Made by a program: the position numbers and the translations under genes
The notes under the pieces: model-generated
Database searches by the model: none
What the model was told of the DNA's origin: nothing
Seen by the model: only the letters and a program-made list of their open reading frames with translations
In this document: positions 52,457-62,917 of the stretch, one piece after another
Numbering within the stretch: position 1 is the first letter of the stretch
Layout: every line of letters starts with the position of its first letter
Source: an uncultured cyanobacterium
GTDB taxonomy: Bacteria > Cyanobacteriota > Cyanobacteriia > Phormidesmidales > Phormidesmidaceae
Reading direction: 5' to 3'
NCBI GenBank assembly: GCA_963793265.1
Contig: CAWBZI010000006.1
Span: forward strand, 832,001-896,000
DNA length: 64,000 nt

Positions 52457-52735
52457 ATGTCTCGCTCCCTGAAGAAGGGGCCATTCGTGGCAGATCACCT
52501 TCTCACCAAAATTGAAAAGCTCAATGCGAAGAACGAGAAGCAGGTCGTCAAAACCTGGTCACGCGCTTCTACTATCATCCCTCAGTTCATCGGTCATACC
52601 GTCGCCGTTCATAACGGTCGTCAGCACGTACCCGTGTTCATTAACGAGCAGATGGTCGGCCACAAGCTAGGCGAATTTGCGCCCACTCGAACCTTTCGAG
52701 GCCATGCAAAGAGCGATAAAAAGGCACGTCGCTAA
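52457..52735 (+). CDS. rpsS: 30S ribosomal protein S19
   Basis: [19 protein letters not shown]. Confidence 0.98.
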   Translation: MSRSLKKGPFVADHLLTKIEKLNAKNEKQVVKTWSRASTIIPQFIGHTVAVHNGRQHVPVFINEQMVGHKLGEFAPTRTFRGHAKSDKKARR

Positions 52736-52749
52736 AAGGAACAGCCATC

Positions 52750-53112
52750 ATGATTGACATCGATTCAGACTCACAAGTAAAAGCAACGGCCAAATTCGTC
52801 CGCATGTCTCCGATTAAGGTGCGCCGCGTACTCGATCAAATTCGAGGCCGCTCCTACCGCGAAGCGTTGATTATGCTCGAATTCATGCCCTACAAAGCAT
52901 GTGAGCCCATCCTTAAAGTATTGCGCTCTGCGGTTGCTAACGCCGAGCACAACAACGGACTCGATCCCACAGGTCTTTACATCAGTGAAGCCTATGCCGA
53001 CAAAGGCCCAACCCTGAAGCGCTTCCGTCCTCGTGCTCAAGGCCGCGCCTACCAAATCCAAAAGCCAACCTGCCACATTGCAATCTCGGTTGCACCTGGC
53101 ACCGAAGCTTAA
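52750..53112 (+). CDS. rplV: 50S ribosomal protein L22
   Basis: [20 protein letters not shown]. Confidence 0.98.
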   Translation: MIDIDSDSQVKATAKFVRMSPIKVRRVLDQIRGRSYREALIMLEFMPYKACEPILKVLRSAVANAEHNNGLDPTGLYISEAYADKGPTLKRFRPRAQGRAYQIQKPTCHIAISVAPGTEA

Positions 53113-53172
53113 GTTCAACAGTTGACTTTTCAAACTATCCGTTTTCATTAGCCGTTTCTAAGGAGTACATCA

Positions 53173-53907
53173 GTGGGACAGAAGATTCACCCAACCGGGC
53201 TTCGTCTTGGCATCACCCAGGAGCACCGCTCCCGCTGGTATGCCGACAAGAACCGTTATCCAGAACTCTTGAAAGAAGATTTCGAGATTCGCCAGTACGT
53301 TGAGAAAACCCTCGCAAACGCCGGGATCTCAGAAGTACACATCGAACGCAAGGCCGACCAGATTGATCTTGAAGTTCGAACTGCTCGCCCCGGTGTAGTG
53401 GTCGGTCGTGGTGGCGCAGGCATTGAGGCTCTGCGCGTGGGTCTGCAAAAGCAGATTAAAGACGACAGCCGCCAAATTAAAATCAATGTGGTTGAAGTGG
53501 CTCGCGTAGATGCCGATGCCGGTTTGATTTGTGAGTACATCACGCAGCAGCTAGAGCGCCGGGTTTCATTCCGTCGAGTAGTGCGTCAGGCGATCCAGCG
53601 AGCGCAAAGAGCGGGCGTTGAGGGCATCAAAATTCAGGTTAGCGGCCGGTTGAACGGGGCTGAGATTGCCAGAACAGAGTGGACTCGTGAGGGCCGCGTT
53701 CCTTTGCACACGCTCAGAGCCAATATTGACTACGCCTATCGCACGGCTCAGACGACTTACGGCATTTTGGGCGTGAAGACCTGGGTATTTAAGGGCGAAG
53801 TGATTCCGGGTCAAGAGAATCAGCCTGAAGATAGTAAAGCTCAGCCACGTCGCCGTCAGCCACGTCGCCGTCAGCAGTTTGACGATCGCTCTAATAACGA
53901 GTCGTAG
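53173..53907 (+). CDS. rpsC: 30S ribosomal protein S3
   Basis: [28 protein letters not shown]. Confidence 0.98.
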   Translation: MGQKIHPTGLRLGITQEHRSRWYADKNRYPELLKEDFEIRQYVEKTLANAGISEVHIERKADQIDLEVRTARPGVVVGRGGAGIEALRVGLQKQIKDDSRQIKINVVEVARVDADAGLICEYITQQLERRVSFRRVVRQAIQRAQRAGVEGIKIQVSGRLNGAEIARTEWTREGRVPLHTLRANIDYAYRTAQTTYGILGVKTWVFKGEVIPGQENQPEDSKAQPRRRQPRRRQQFDDRSNNES

Positions 53908-53966
53908 CTAACGAGTCATAGGCTAATAGCCAAAGATAACGCGAGCCATAGAAAAAGAGATCCATC

Positions 53967-54386
53967 ATGTTAAGTCCAAGAAGAACGAAATTTAGAAAGC
54001 AGCATCGCGGTCGGATGCGCGGTATGGCCCACCGGGGTAACGAGATTAACTTCGGTCAGTACGCTTTGCAAGCAACTGAGTGCTGCTGGATGACGTCACG
54101 TCAAATTGAAGCAGCTAGGCGTGCTATGACCCGTTACATCAAACGGGGCGGCAAGATTTGGATTCGGGTTTTCCCTGACAAGTCTGTCACCATGCGAGCC
54201 GCAGAAACCCGGATGGGTTCGGGTAAAGGTAACCCTGAGTTTTGGGTTGCTGTAATCAAGCCTGGCCGGGTGGTGTTTGAAATTGCCGGTGTGAGCGAAG
54301 AAATTGCTCGTGAAGCGATGCGACTGGCATCTTTTAAGCTGCCATTCAAAACAAAATTCATCGCGAAAGAAGGCGAGGAGGGGTAA
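53967..54386 (+). CDS. rplP: 50S ribosomal protein L16
   Basis: [15 protein letters not shown]. Confidence 0.98.
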   Translation: MLSPRRTKFRKQHRGRMRGMAHRGNEINFGQYALQATECCWMTSRQIEAARRAMTRYIKRGGKIWIRVFPDKSVTMRAAETRMGSGKGNPEFWVAVIKPGRVVFEIAGVSEEIAREAMRLASFKLPFKTKFIAKEGEEG

Positions 54387-54394
54387 GTACCATC

Positions 54395-54631
54395 ATGGCA
54401 CTGTCAAAAGCAAGTGAATTAAGAGAGCTGAGCGCTGAAGAAGTGACCGCCGAAATCGCCAAGATCAGGCGCGATCTGTTTGACCTTCGCTTTAAGAGGG
54501 CAACTCGCCAAATGGAGAGTGGATTTCATGAGTTTCGGCACATGCGCCGTAAGCTCGCGCAGCTCATGACGATTGAAAGAGAACGACAGTTAGCTGAAAA
54601 GAAAGCTGGCGCATCAGCAAAGGAGGCATAG
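54395..54631 (+). CDS. rpmC: 50S ribosomal protein L29
   Basis: ELRELS, LFDLRF; position in the operon. Confidence 0.95.
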   Translation: MALSKASELRELSAEEVTAEIAKIRRDLFDLRFKRATRQMESGFHEFRHMRRKLAQLMTIERERQLAEKKAGASAKEA

Positions 54632-54634
54632 GTC

Positions 54635-54883
54635 ATGGCAGCGAAAGAGAGAATTGGCCAGGTGGTCAGTAACAAGATGGATAAGACGGTGGTGGTCGCG
54701 GTTGAAACCCGCGTTCAGCACAAGAAATACGACAAGATTATGGTGCGTACACAGCGCTATAAGGCCCACGATGAGGAAAACAACTGTAAGGAAGGCGATC
54801 GCGTACGCATTAGCGAAACGCGCCCTCTGAGCAAAACCAAACGGTGGGTCGTCGCCGATATCCTCAGTTCTTCTGGCGTATAG
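54635..54883 (+). CDS. rpsQ: 30S ribosomal protein S17
   Basis: [20 protein letters not shown]. Confidence 0.98.
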   Translation: MAAKERIGQVVSNKMDKTVVVAVETRVQHKKYDKIMVRTQRYKAHDEENNCKEGDRVRISETRPLSKTKRWVVADILSSSGV

Positions 54884-54899
54884 GTGAGGATTAATTTAA

Positions 54900-55268
54900 G
54901 TGATTCAGCAAGAGACTTATTTGAACGTAGCCGACAATAGCGGCGCTCGAAAGATCATGTGCATTCGAGTGCTCGGCGGCAGAAAGCAGTATGCAGGCGT
55001 GGGCGATGTGATTGTCGCAGTCGTCAAAGACGCGCTGCCTAACATGGGCGTAAAAAAATCCGACGTGGTAAAAGCCGTCGTGGTTCGCACCCGTAAAGGC
55101 ATTCGTCGCACCAGCGGCATGAGCATTCGCTTTGATGACAACGCAGCGGTGATTATCACCCAAGACGGCAGCAACCCACGCGGCACTCGGGTATTTGGCC
55201 CGGTTGCTCGTGAGCTGCGCGATAAAGGATTTACCAAAATCGTTTCTCTAGCACCGGAGGTACTTTAG
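54900..55268 (+). CDS. rplN: 50S ribosomal protein L14
   Basis: [22 protein letters not shown]. Confidence 0.98.
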   Translation: MIQQETYLNVADNSGARKIMCIRVLGGRKQYAGVGDVIVAVVKDALPNMGVKKSDVVKAVVVRTRKGIRRTSGMSIRFDDNAAVIITQDGSNPRGTRVFGPVARELRDKGFTKIVSLAPEVL

Positions 55269-55616
55269 ATGCTGAAGAAAAAACCGGCTCAGCGCCAAAA
55301 GATGCACGTTCGCCAGGGAGACACCGTTCAGGTGATTGCCGGGAAGGACAAAGGCACGGTGGGCGAAGTGGTCGCGATTAGCGCTAAAAAGTCTCAGGTT
55401 ATTGTGCAGGGCGTCAACATGCGTACCAAGCACGTTAAGCCACAGGCCGAAGGCGAGTCGGGCCAAATTCTAACTAAGGAATTTCCGATTCATAGCTCCA
55501 ACGTGATGCTGTATTCGACCAAGCAGAAAGTCGCGAGCCGCGTGGCTCACACGGTAACTGACGATGGTCGTAAGGTACGCATGTTGAAGAAAACCGGCGA
55601 GATTTTAGACAATTAG
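55269..55616 (+). CDS. rplX: 50S ribosomal protein L24
   Basis: [20 protein letters not shown]. Confidence 0.98.
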   Translation: MLKKKPAQRQKMHVRQGDTVQVIAGKDKGTVGEVVAISAKKSQVIVQGVNMRTKHVKPQAEGESGQILTKEFPIHSSNVMLYSTKQKVASRVAHTVTDDGRKVRMLKKTGEILDN

Positions 55617-55703
55617 GTAGGGGCTTAGCATTGCTATGCCCCTACCTGCCGACAAATCGATCTAACGCCCTGACCAAGCCCAGGGATTTTTCCAGAGGAT
55701 ATA

Positions 55704-56249
55704 ATGGCCGACTCACTCAAAACGCTCTACTTAGAGACTGTTGTGCCTAAGCTCAAAGAAGAGTTTAGCTACACCAACCCTCACCAAGTACCCAAGCTTG
55801 CCAAAGTCACCATCAACCGTGGCCTAGGAGAAGCGTCTAACAATGCCAAAGCGCTTGAGTCTTCACTCAGCGAACTGGCAGCGATTACCGGCCAGCGTCC
55901 GGTAGTCACCCGCGCCAAGAAGGCGATCGCAGGCTTTAAGATTCGCGAAGGTATGCCGGTCGGCGTCAAAGTGACGCTTCGAGCAGACCGTATGTACGCT
56001 TTCACGAACCGCCTAATCAATTTAACCCTGCCCCGCATCAGAGACTTTAGAGGCGTTAGCCCCCGCAGCTTTGATGGCCGAGGCAACTACACGTTGGGAC
56101 TACGCGAGCAGCTTATTTTCCCAGAAGTTGAATACGACAGCGTTGACCAAATTCGCGGTATGGACATCACCATTGTCACCACCGCGAACTCCGATGAAGA
56201 AGGCCGCGCCCTCCTCAAAGGATTGGGAATGCCCTTCCGAGATAACTGA
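55704..56249 (+). CDS. rplE: 50S ribosomal protein L5
   Basis: [21 protein letters not shown]. Confidence 0.98.
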   Translation: MADSLKTLYLETVVPKLKEEFSYTNPHQVPKLAKVTINRGLGEASNNAKALESSLSELAAITGQRPVVTRAKKAIAGFKIREGMPVGVKVTLRADRMYAFTNRLINLTLPRIRDFRGVSPRSFDGRGNYTLGLREQLIFPEVEYDSVDQIRGMDITIVTTANSDEEGRALLKGLGMPFRDN

Positions 56250-56285
56250 GGCCCATGAAAGCTAACCAGAGCAAAGTAAAGGATT

Positions 56286-56687
56286 ATGGCGTCTAACGAC
56301 ACGATTTCAGATATGCTGACGCGCATTCGGAATGCTAATCTTGCGCATCATCAAACCGTCGATATTCCATCGACCAAAATGACTCGCAGCATTGCTAGCG
56401 TACTCAAGGAAGAAGGCTTCGTTGCCGACACCGAGGACGTTGGCGAAGGTATTTCGCGCACCATTAAGCTCACGCTTAAGTACAAAGGCAAGCAGCGCCA
56501 GCCGATTATTCGCAACCTTACCCGCGTCAGCAAGCCGGGTTTGCGAGTGTACTCCAACCGCAAAGAGCTGCCTAGAGTGCTCGGCGGCATTGGCATTGCG
56601 ATTATTTCTACCTCCAGCGGCGTCATGACCGACCGCGACGCTCGCCGTCAGGGCGTGGGTGGAGAAGTTCTTTGCTACATCTATTAG
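56286..56687 (+). CDS. rpsH: 30S ribosomal protein S8
   Basis: [23 protein letters not shown]. Confidence 0.98.
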   Translation: MASNDTISDMLTRIRNANLAHHQTVDIPSTKMTRSIASVLKEEGFVADTEDVGEGISRTIKLTLKYKGKQRQPIIRNLTRVSKPGLRVYSNRKELPRVLGGIGIAIISTSSGVMTDRDARRQGVGGEVLCYIY

Positions 56688-56723
56688 AAATGACGATACA
56701 GGCCAACAAGGAGGCCAGTGATA

Positions 56724-57260
56724 ATGTCTAGAATTGGCAAACAACCTGTGCCCGTCCCTAAAGGCGTCACCGTCACGATTGATGGGCAAAAGGTCACCGT
56801 AAAAGGATCTAAAGGCGAGCTTTCGAGAGAGCTGCCCGATGAGATCGCATTTGTACAAGAAGGCGAAGAGATTGTTGTTACTCGTAAAAACGAGTCGCGC
56901 AATGCCCGCCAGCGTCACGGCCTAGTGCGCACCCTGATTGCCAACATGGTAGAAGGGGTTTCTAACGGCTATGAGAAAAAGCTAGAAATTCAGGGCGTGG
57001 GCTACAGAGCTTCCCTGCAAGGACAAAAGCTGGTAATGGCGCTTGGCTACAGCCACCCCGTTGAGTTTGAGCCCCCCGCAGGCATTCAGTTTGCAGTGGA
57101 GAAAAACACCAACGTAACGGTTACAGGCATCGATAAAGAAGTCGTGGGTAATACCGCCGCTAGAGTTCGTGCCGCTAGACCCCCCGAGCCTTATAAGGGC
57201 AAAGGCGTTCGCTACGCAGGCGAGCAAGTAAGACGTAAGGCCGGTAAGGCAGGTAAGTAG
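56724..57260 (+). CDS. rplF: 50S ribosomal protein L6
   Basis: [20 protein letters not shown]. Confidence 0.98.
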   Translation: MSRIGKQPVPVPKGVTVTIDGQKVTVKGSKGELSRELPDEIAFVQEGEEIVVTRKNESRNARQRHGLVRTLIANMVEGVSNGYEKKLEIQGVGYRASLQGQKLVMALGYSHPVEFEPPAGIQFAVEKNTNVTVTGIDKEVVGNTAARVRAARPPEPYKGKGVRYAGEQVRRKAGKAGK

Positions 57261-57264
57261 AGAC

Positions 57265-57621
57265 ATGAAATCAACGCGTAGAGAATCTACCCGTCGCCGC
57301 CATACGCGCGTTCGCCGTCGGGTAAAAGGCACCACTGAGCGGCCAAGGCTCGCTATTTTTCGCTCTAACCAGCACATTTATGCGCAGGTGATTGACGATA
57401 CTGAGCACAAGACCTTAGCAGCGGCTTCGACTTTGGATAAGGATGCTGGCGCAAAAGCTGGCAGTAATTCGGAAGCTGCCGCCGCAGTTGGTAAACTCAT
57501 TGCAGAGCGGGCGATCGCACAGGACATTTCACAAGTCGTCTTTGATCGCGGCGGCAAGCTATATCACGGTCGAGTAGCGGCGTTAGCTGATGCGGCCCGT
57601 GAAGCAGGTCTAAAGTTTTAA
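57265..57621 (+). CDS. rplR: 50S ribosomal protein L18
   Basis: RPRL..FRSN.HIYAQ, FDRGG..YHGRV. Confidence 0.98.
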   Translation: MKSTRRESTRRRHTRVRRRVKGTTERPRLAIFRSNQHIYAQVIDDTEHKTLAAASTLDKDAGAKAGSNSEAAAAVGKLIAERAIAQDISQVVFDRGGKLYHGRVAALADAAREAGLKF

Positions 57622-57656
57622 GGCAACCCCATTGGCCCATAATCCAACGCTAAAAT

Positions 57657-58205
57657 ATGGCAGATAATAGAGACAGCAAAGACAACAGACGCGGTAAAAA
57701 GAATAATAAAAACCGCGAAAAAGACTCTGAATGGCAAGAGCGCGTCGTCCAAATTCGCCGCGTTACTAAGGTTGTGAAGGGCGGTAAAAAGCTCAGCTTC
57801 CGCGCCATTGTCGTCGTCGGCAACGAGAAGGGCCAGGTCGGCGTTGGCGTCGGCAAAGCCAGTGACGTTATTGGCGCAGTTAAAAAAGGCGTCGCAGACG
57901 GCAAAAAGCACCTCGTAGAAGTGCCTCTAAACAAGGCGTACTCCATCCCTCATCCTTCAACAGGACGAGCCGGTGGCGCTAGAGTCTTCATGCGCCCAGC
58001 AGCACCCGGTACTGGCGTAATTGCTGGTGGCGCTGTCCGCATCGTGCTAGAACTTGCCGGTATTCGCAACATTCTTGCGAAGCAGCTAGGTTCCGATAAC
58101 CCCCTCAACAATGCGCGCGCTGCCGCTGAAGCTCTCGACTCGCTTAGAACGCTAAGCAGCGTGGCTGAAGAGCGCGGTATTCCCGTCGAAAAGCTATACG
58201 CATAG
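57657..58205 (+). CDS. rpsE: 30S ribosomal protein S5
   Basis: [18 protein letters not shown]. Confidence 0.98.
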   Translation: MADNRDSKDNRRGKKNNKNREKDSEWQERVVQIRRVTKVVKGGKKLSFRAIVVVGNEKGQVGVGVGKASDVIGAVKKGVADGKKHLVEVPLNKAYSIPHPSTGRAGGARVFMRPAAPGTGVIAGGAVRIVLELAGIRNILAKQLGSDNPLNNARAAAEALDSLRTLSSVAEERGIPVEKLYA

Positions 58206-58276
58206 TCGCTTTACCCTAAGCACTTGCTTAACATCAGGCCCGCATAAGGGGCCATACAACAGGAGACTCCCCGGAG

Positions 58277-58720
58277 ATGAGATTAGAAGATGCAAAGCCC
58301 AAGGCGGGCTCTAAAAAGGCTAAAAATCGCAAAGGTCGTGGCATTGCAGCAGGCCAGGGCGCGAGCTGTGGCTTTGGAATGCGCGGCCAAAAGTCTCGCT
58401 CCGGTAGTGGTACTCGCCCTGGCTTTGAAGGTGGTCAAATGCCCCTTTATCGCCGTGTGCCTAAGCTGAAGCATTTCACGATTGTGAACCAGAAGGTTTA
58501 CACCGTGATTAATATTAAAGACTTGGCTGATCTGCCCGCTAATACTGAAGTGACGATGGATTCGCTATTAGAAGCGGGCGTGGTCACTTCTAATGACGGC
58601 CCTTTGAAGGTGCTAGGCGATGGCGAAATTTCAAAGGCGCTGACGGTGAAAGCTGCGGCGTTTACGAAGTCGGCTAAGGCGAAAATTGAAGCGGCTGGTG
58701 GTAGCTGCGAGATTGCTTAA
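58277..58720 (+). CDS. rplO: 50S ribosomal protein L15
   Basis: [22 protein letters not shown]. Confidence 0.98.
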   Translation: MRLEDAKPKAGSKKAKNRKGRGIAAGQGASCGFGMRGQKSRSGSGTRPGFEGGQMPLYRRVPKLKHFTIVNQKVYTVINIKDLADLPANTEVTMDSLLEAGVVTSNDGPLKVLGDGEISKALTVKAAAFTKSAKAKIEAAGGSCEIA

Positions 58721-58753
58721 GTTAGTTGCTGAGGGTGAGAATCAGATCATCGC

Positions 58754-58840
58754 GGCCCTCATCCTAAATCCTTCTCCCGAGGGGAGAAGGACTTTGAATC
58801 CGGCTCCCTCTCCCGAGGGGAGAGGGTTGGGGTGAGGGCC
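58754..58840. repeat. REP-like nested palindromic element
   Basis: Outer arms GGCCCTCATCCTAA / TTGGGGTGAGGGCC enclosing two hairpins, CCTTCTCCCGAGGGGAGAAGG and CCCTCTCCCGAGGGGAGAGGG. Confidence 0.8.
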
Positions 58841-59135
58841 TCAGCAGATAACAATTGAGTAATCTGCTCAATCTTCGATCCTAAGCCTGACTTTCACGGT
58901 CGCTTAAAAGCAATTGGGCAAAATGGGGAGCAAGAGTACCCGAAAAGTAGGTTAGTCGGTAAGCTTTGAAGATTCTTAGCGAGATTATTTATCTCCGGCT
59001 AAGCATTTCGCAAAGAAATTACCGAGCATTTATCCTATTTTTTCACCAGGGCTCCTTGCTCCCTTTATTATTAGATAAGGGTTAGTAATAACGATTAAAA
59101 AAGCGTGTACTTAGCGCTATTCGAGGTTTCTAGAT

Positions 59136-60449
59136 ATGGTTGTGAGTCAAGGCAAGTCGCCCAGCGCTCAAGAGACATTTTTGCAGATGGCCCAGGCGGC
59201 GGGGCTGCGATCGCGCTTACTCGTCACAGTGGGCCTACTCATACTCGTCAGACTGGGCATTTACATTCCCGTCCCTGGTATTGATCGGGCCGCATTTTCC
59301 ACCTTTGTCTCCAGCGGCGGCGCAGGTGGCGTCCTTGGCTTTTTAGACATCATCGGCGGCGGTGGCTTATCGCTGGTCGGCATTTTTGCCCTGGGCATTT
59401 TGCCGTTCATCAACGCCTCTATTATTATGCAGCTCCTCACAGCGGCGATTCCCGCGCTAGAAGATCTGCAAAAGAACGAAGGTGAAGCGGGGCGACGCAA
59501 AATTTCTCAGGTCACACGCTATGTCGCGTTCGGCTGGACGATTTTGCAAAGCACCATGCTCTCCTGCTTCTTGCTAAGAGACTTTGCCTACGACTTCGGC
59601 GTTCCTTTTGTTGTAGAAACTGTGCTGGCACTAACGGCTGGCTCCATGTTCGTAATGTGGGTCGGTGAACTCATTACCGAGCGCGGCTTAGGCAATGGCG
59701 CATCGCTGCTGATTTTCTTGAACATCGTTTCTTCGTTGCCACGGGTATTGGGCGAAACGGTTGACTTAGCTCAAACGGGCGGACGCGCTGAAATTGGCGG
59801 TATCGTTATTCTCTTTTTGGTCTTTATCGCCACCATCGTCGGCATCGTCTTTGTTCAAGAAGGCACCCGTCGCATTCCTATCGTCTCAGCTAGGCGTCAG
59901 GTGGGCCGCAAGCTCTATCTAGAAAAAAGCAACTACTTGCCATTACGTCTCAACCAAGGCGGCGTAATGCCCATCATTTTCGCCTCGTCCATGCTGATCA
60001 TTCCGCTTTCGCTGGTTCAATACATCCAGAATCCAGCCTTTGCGGAATTCATGGGTCGTAACTTCAATCCCACCTCACCGCTATACATCCTGGTGTATTT
60101 GGTGATGATCGTCTTCTTCAGCTACTTCTATGCCTCTTTGGTTGTGAACCCCGAAGACATGTCAAAGAATCTAAAGAAAATGGGTGCGAGCATTCCTGGG
60201 ATTCGTCCCGGCAAGGCAACCACCGACTACATCGGTAAAGTACTAAACCGCCTGACATTCTTAGGTGCTATTTTCTTAGGGCTCGTCGCGGTAGTGCCTA
60301 GCCTGGTTGAAAGCGCTACTCGCGTAACAACCTTCAGTGGCTTTGGCGCAACGTCACTTTTGATTTTGGTTGGTGTGGCCATTGACACCGCTAAGCAAAT
60401 TCAAACCTACGTTATCTCTCAGCGCTACGAAGGCATGGTGAAAAGCTAA
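59136..60449 (+). CDS. secY: Preprotein translocase subunit SecY
   Basis: [41 protein letters not shown]. Confidence 0.98.
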   Translation: MVVSQGKSPSAQETFLQMAQAAGLRSRLLVTVGLLILVRLGIYIPVPGIDRAAFSTFVSSGGAGGVLGFLDIIGGGGLSLVGIFALGILPFINASIIMQLLTAAIPALEDLQKNEGEAGRRKISQVTRYVAFGWTILQSTMLSCFLLRDFAYDFGVPFVVETVLALTAGSMFVMWVGELITERGLGNGASLLIFLNIVSSLPRVLGETVDLAQTGGRAEIGGIVILFLVFIATIVGIVFVQEGTRRIPIVSARRQVGRKLYLEKSNYLPLRLNQGGVMPIIFASSMLIIPLSLVQYIQNPAFAEFMGRNFNPTSPLYILVYLVMIVFFSYFYASLVVNPEDMSKNLKKMGASIPGIRPGKATTDYIGKVLNRLTFLGAIFLGLVAVVPSLVESATRVTTFSGFGATSLLILVGVAIDTAKQIQTYVISQRYEGMVKS

Positions 60450-61018
60450 TGACTCGACTTATCTTCTTAGGCCCACCGGGCGCAGGCAAAGGAACCCAGG
60501 CAAAAGTGCTCTCAGAGCGCTGCCAGGTTCCCCACATTTCGACGGGCGACATCTTGCGTAGTGCCGTTAAGGCCAAAAGTGAGCTTGGCAAAAAAGCGGA
60601 AGGCTACATGAGCGCTGGCGAACTGGTGCCTGACGAACTCATCTTAGATTTGGTTCGCGAGCGGCTGGGCCAAGAAGATACGGCGAATGGTTGGCTACTC
60701 GATGGGTTTCCTCGAACGGTAGAGCAGGCTGAGTTTTTGAACAAGCTTCTGGACGAGATTAAGCAGACCTGCGAGTTTGTGATCAATATGGAAGTGCCGG
60801 ACGACGTGCTGGTAGCTCGAATGTTAGAACGGGGCCGAGCTGACGATAAGGAAGACGTTATCCGCAATCGGTTAGATGTGTACCGAGCAGAAACCGAGCC
60901 GTTGATTGCGTTTTATCGTGGGCAGCAGCTTCTTAAGTCGGTAGATGGCAATCAGGAATTAGATACCGTCAGCGAGGCGTTGCAAAAGATTGTGAGTGCT
61001 GACGCTGTAGCGTCATAA
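60449..61018 (+). CDS. adk: Adenylate kinase
   Basis: [23 protein letters not shown]. Confidence 0.98.
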   Translation: MTRLIFLGPPGAGKGTQAKVLSERCQVPHISTGDILRSAVKAKSELGKKAEGYMSAGELVPDELILDLVRERLGQEDTANGWLLDGFPRTVEQAEFLNKLLDEIKQTCEFVINMEVPDDVLVARMLERGRADDKEDVIRNRLDVYRAETEPLIAFYRGQQLLKSVDGNQELDTVSEALQKIVSADAVAS

Positions 61019-61122
61019 AAGAGGTAGGGCTAACCGGCCCTTTAAGAGTGCAGGGTTTACACAACGATTTGCTACTCTTGAGTTAACTGTATATTTTTCT
61101 GTTTAAAGAGAGGAAGGACTCG

Positions 61123-61350
61123 TTGTCTAAGCAAGATTTGATTGAAATGGAAGGAACGATTACAGAATCGCTCCCAAACGCAATGTTCCGGGTTGACCTG
61201 GACAATGGCTTTAACGTACTGGCCCATATTTCGGGCAAGATTCGACGCAACTATATCAAGATTCTGCCGGGCGATCGCGTCAAGGTAGAACTCACCCCTT
61301 ACGATTTGACTAAAGGCCGCATTACATACCGCTTGAAAAAGCCAAGATAA
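61123..61350 (+). CDS. infA: Translation initiation factor IF-1
   Basis: [27 protein letters not shown] start. Confidence 0.98.
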   Translation: MSKQDLIEMEGTITESLPNAMFRVDLDNGFNVLAHISGKIRRNYIKILPGDRVKVELTPYDLTKGRITYRLKKPR

Positions 61351-61403
61351 GCCCTTTAGCGAGAGTCGTGATCGCTAGATTCAGATAAACCCATAACAAT
61401 TAG

Positions 61404-61447
61404 TAAGCGCATAGTCAGCTCATATTGAAGCTCTGACTATGCGCTTA
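61404..61447 (+). terminator. Hairpin closing the rplC-infA unit
   Basis: TAAGCGCATAGTCAG / CTGACTATGCGCTTA, 15-bp perfect stem. Confidence 0.7.
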
Positions 61448-61485
61448 TCAGCTTTAAAGAGTTCAGCATCAGCTAGGGCAAAGAA

Positions 61486-61739
61486 TTGGCAGAGATATTT
61501 CGTTCTGATGGCTGCGTTGTGAAAATTTTAGTGATGACCACGAGCCGCCTCACGTTCACGTTTCTTCTGCCAAACAAGAGATAAGAATCGATATTTCTGG
61601 GCCGATGGCGGTAGTACTTGGGGCAAGCAAGCGACGACAGCGAAACGCTAGTATTAAGTTTACGAAAAAAGCTCTACGCTTAGTTAATAACCGCCTGCCT
61701 GAGATAAAAGCTGCTTGGGAGTCTATTCATGGAAAATAA
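61486..61739 (+). pseudogene. DUF4160-like putative toxin gene, frameshifted
   Basis: TTG start gives MAEIFRSDGCVVKI; the -1 frame continues SDDHEPPHVHV...AWESIHGK; adding one T to the run at 61526-61529 restores a single ORF overlapping the next gene by 11 nt. Confidence 0.75.
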
Positions 61740-62016
61740 GATCGTTGCTGTTCGGTACCTAGCAGAGAATAGAGAAGTCGAGTTGAAGTTTTTAAATGGC
61801 GCTAGATTGAGCTGCCCAGTAGATACTTTAGAGATACTGAGCTGGACGGGCTCAGAATTTGTAAAGGCTCCGTGTCCCACTGATGAGCAGCTTGCAAACG
61901 TTCGCGTATGGGCAGGTGGCTATGCCATCGATTTTCCTGAGATTGAGCAAAATTTTGATATCGACGAGTTGACTGCGATGTTGCCGATAGGCCGTTCCAC
62001 CGAAGCAGCAGCTTAG
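61729..62016 (+). CDS. DUF2442-like protein (putative antitoxin)
   Basis: V.Y....V.L.F.NG, PTDEQL.NV.V..GG.AI.FPEIEQ.F.I..L pattern; coupled to the DUF4160-like gene. Confidence 0.7.
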   Translation: MENKIVAVRYLAENREVELKFLNGARLSCPVDTLEILSWTGSEFVKAPCPTDEQLANVRVWAGGYAIDFPEIEQNFDIDELTAMLPIGRSTEAAA

Positions 62017-62046
62017 ATAAAGTGCAGATCTAAATGCAGACAACCC

Positions 62047-62319
62047 ATGGCTACTTTGACGAGCAAGACGGATGAGAGGGTTAAGGCAGTGCACTTTGAC
62101 GAAGAAACTGTGAGCGTCGATCTGATGGATGGGCGCACAATTGCTGTGCCCCTAGTGTGGTATCCCAGACTGCTCAACGCCACTCCTGAGCAGCGATCAC
62201 GCTGGAAGGTTTGCGGCGGTGGGTTCGGTATTCACTGGGAAAACATTGATGAAGACTTGAGTACAGCAGGAATGCTACCGGGTGCGCCAGCACCATCCGC
62301 CAGGAAGACGATTAAATAA
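62047..62319 (+). CDS. DUF2442 domain protein (putative antitoxin)
   Basis: VDLMDGRTIAVPLVWYPRLLNATPEQR..W...G.GIHWE.IDEDLS..GML. Confidence 0.85.
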   Translation: MATLTSKTDERVKAVHFDEETVSVDLMDGRTIAVPLVWYPRLLNATPEQRSRWKVCGGGFGIHWENIDEDLSTAGMLPGAPAPSARKTIK

Positions 62320-62782
62320 GACCCATCTCTTTTCTCATTAAGTAAAGTTCGTGATCAGCTTCCATGAGTGCAAACATACGTTCTTGCTGAGCTAGAGAAG
62401 AGGGGCGTTTTTTAATGATGATGCGATGGTCAGGATCTACCTTGACTGTTTTCTTGAGTTCTTCCATTTCGCACTGAGCTTCAAAATCCTTCCAACCTTC
62501 TTCGTACCAGTCGATAAGGGTTCCGTATTCCGAACCGCACAGGCTATCTAGAAGGATTAGGCCACCAATAACGGGCAAAGCACCCATTGCGAACAGTCCA
62601 ACTTTCATACTGCCAAAGCCAACCCAAGCGGCGATCGCACTTGTCTGTGCCGCGCCGCTCAGTGAGCCAATAGCCGTTCCAGTTTTTGCAATACCGATAG
62701 CATTAGCAACCGCGTTTATAGCTAGGCCACTGGAACAAAGACCTACACCAATAGCCGCTTGCGTATTCATGTTCATACTCAA
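62312..62782 (-). CDS. Hypothetical membrane protein with Gly/Ala-rich hydrophobic N-terminal half
   Basis: TGTAIGSLSGAA...AAWVGFGS motif; charged C-terminal half. Confidence 0.7.
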   Translation of the reverse strand: MSMNMNTQAAIGVGLCSSGLAINAVANAIGIAKTGTAIGSLSGAAQTSAIAAWVGFGSMKVGLFAMGALPVIGGLILLDSLCGSEYGTLIDWYEEGWKDFEAQCEMEELKKTVKVDPDHRIIIKKRPSSLAQQERMFALMEADHELYLMRKEMGLI

Positions 62783-62917
62783 ATATATTGATTCGTATAA
62801 AGCTCATTATTGCGAATCGAATAATGAGAGAGTCGCCTACTTGCTCCTTCTTTATTGAATTCAAACAAACAAGAAGTAATTAAATTCACGAAGAGAGTCT
62901 TTCAGCGGGATGGTTAT

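Noticed and set aside
53843..53875. 15-nt tandem duplication in rpsC ([11 protein letters not shown])
   Set aside because: Ordinary variation in the low-complexity S3 tail
50022..57946. Long antisense ORFs over ribosomal genes (e.g. 50022-50753, 56307-56918)
   Set aside because: Shadow frames produced by codon bias in highly expressed genes; no protein motifs
49842..61350. Absence of rpsJ, rpsN, rpmD and map from the ribosomal cluster
   Set aside because: Normal for cyanobacterial S10/spc clusters
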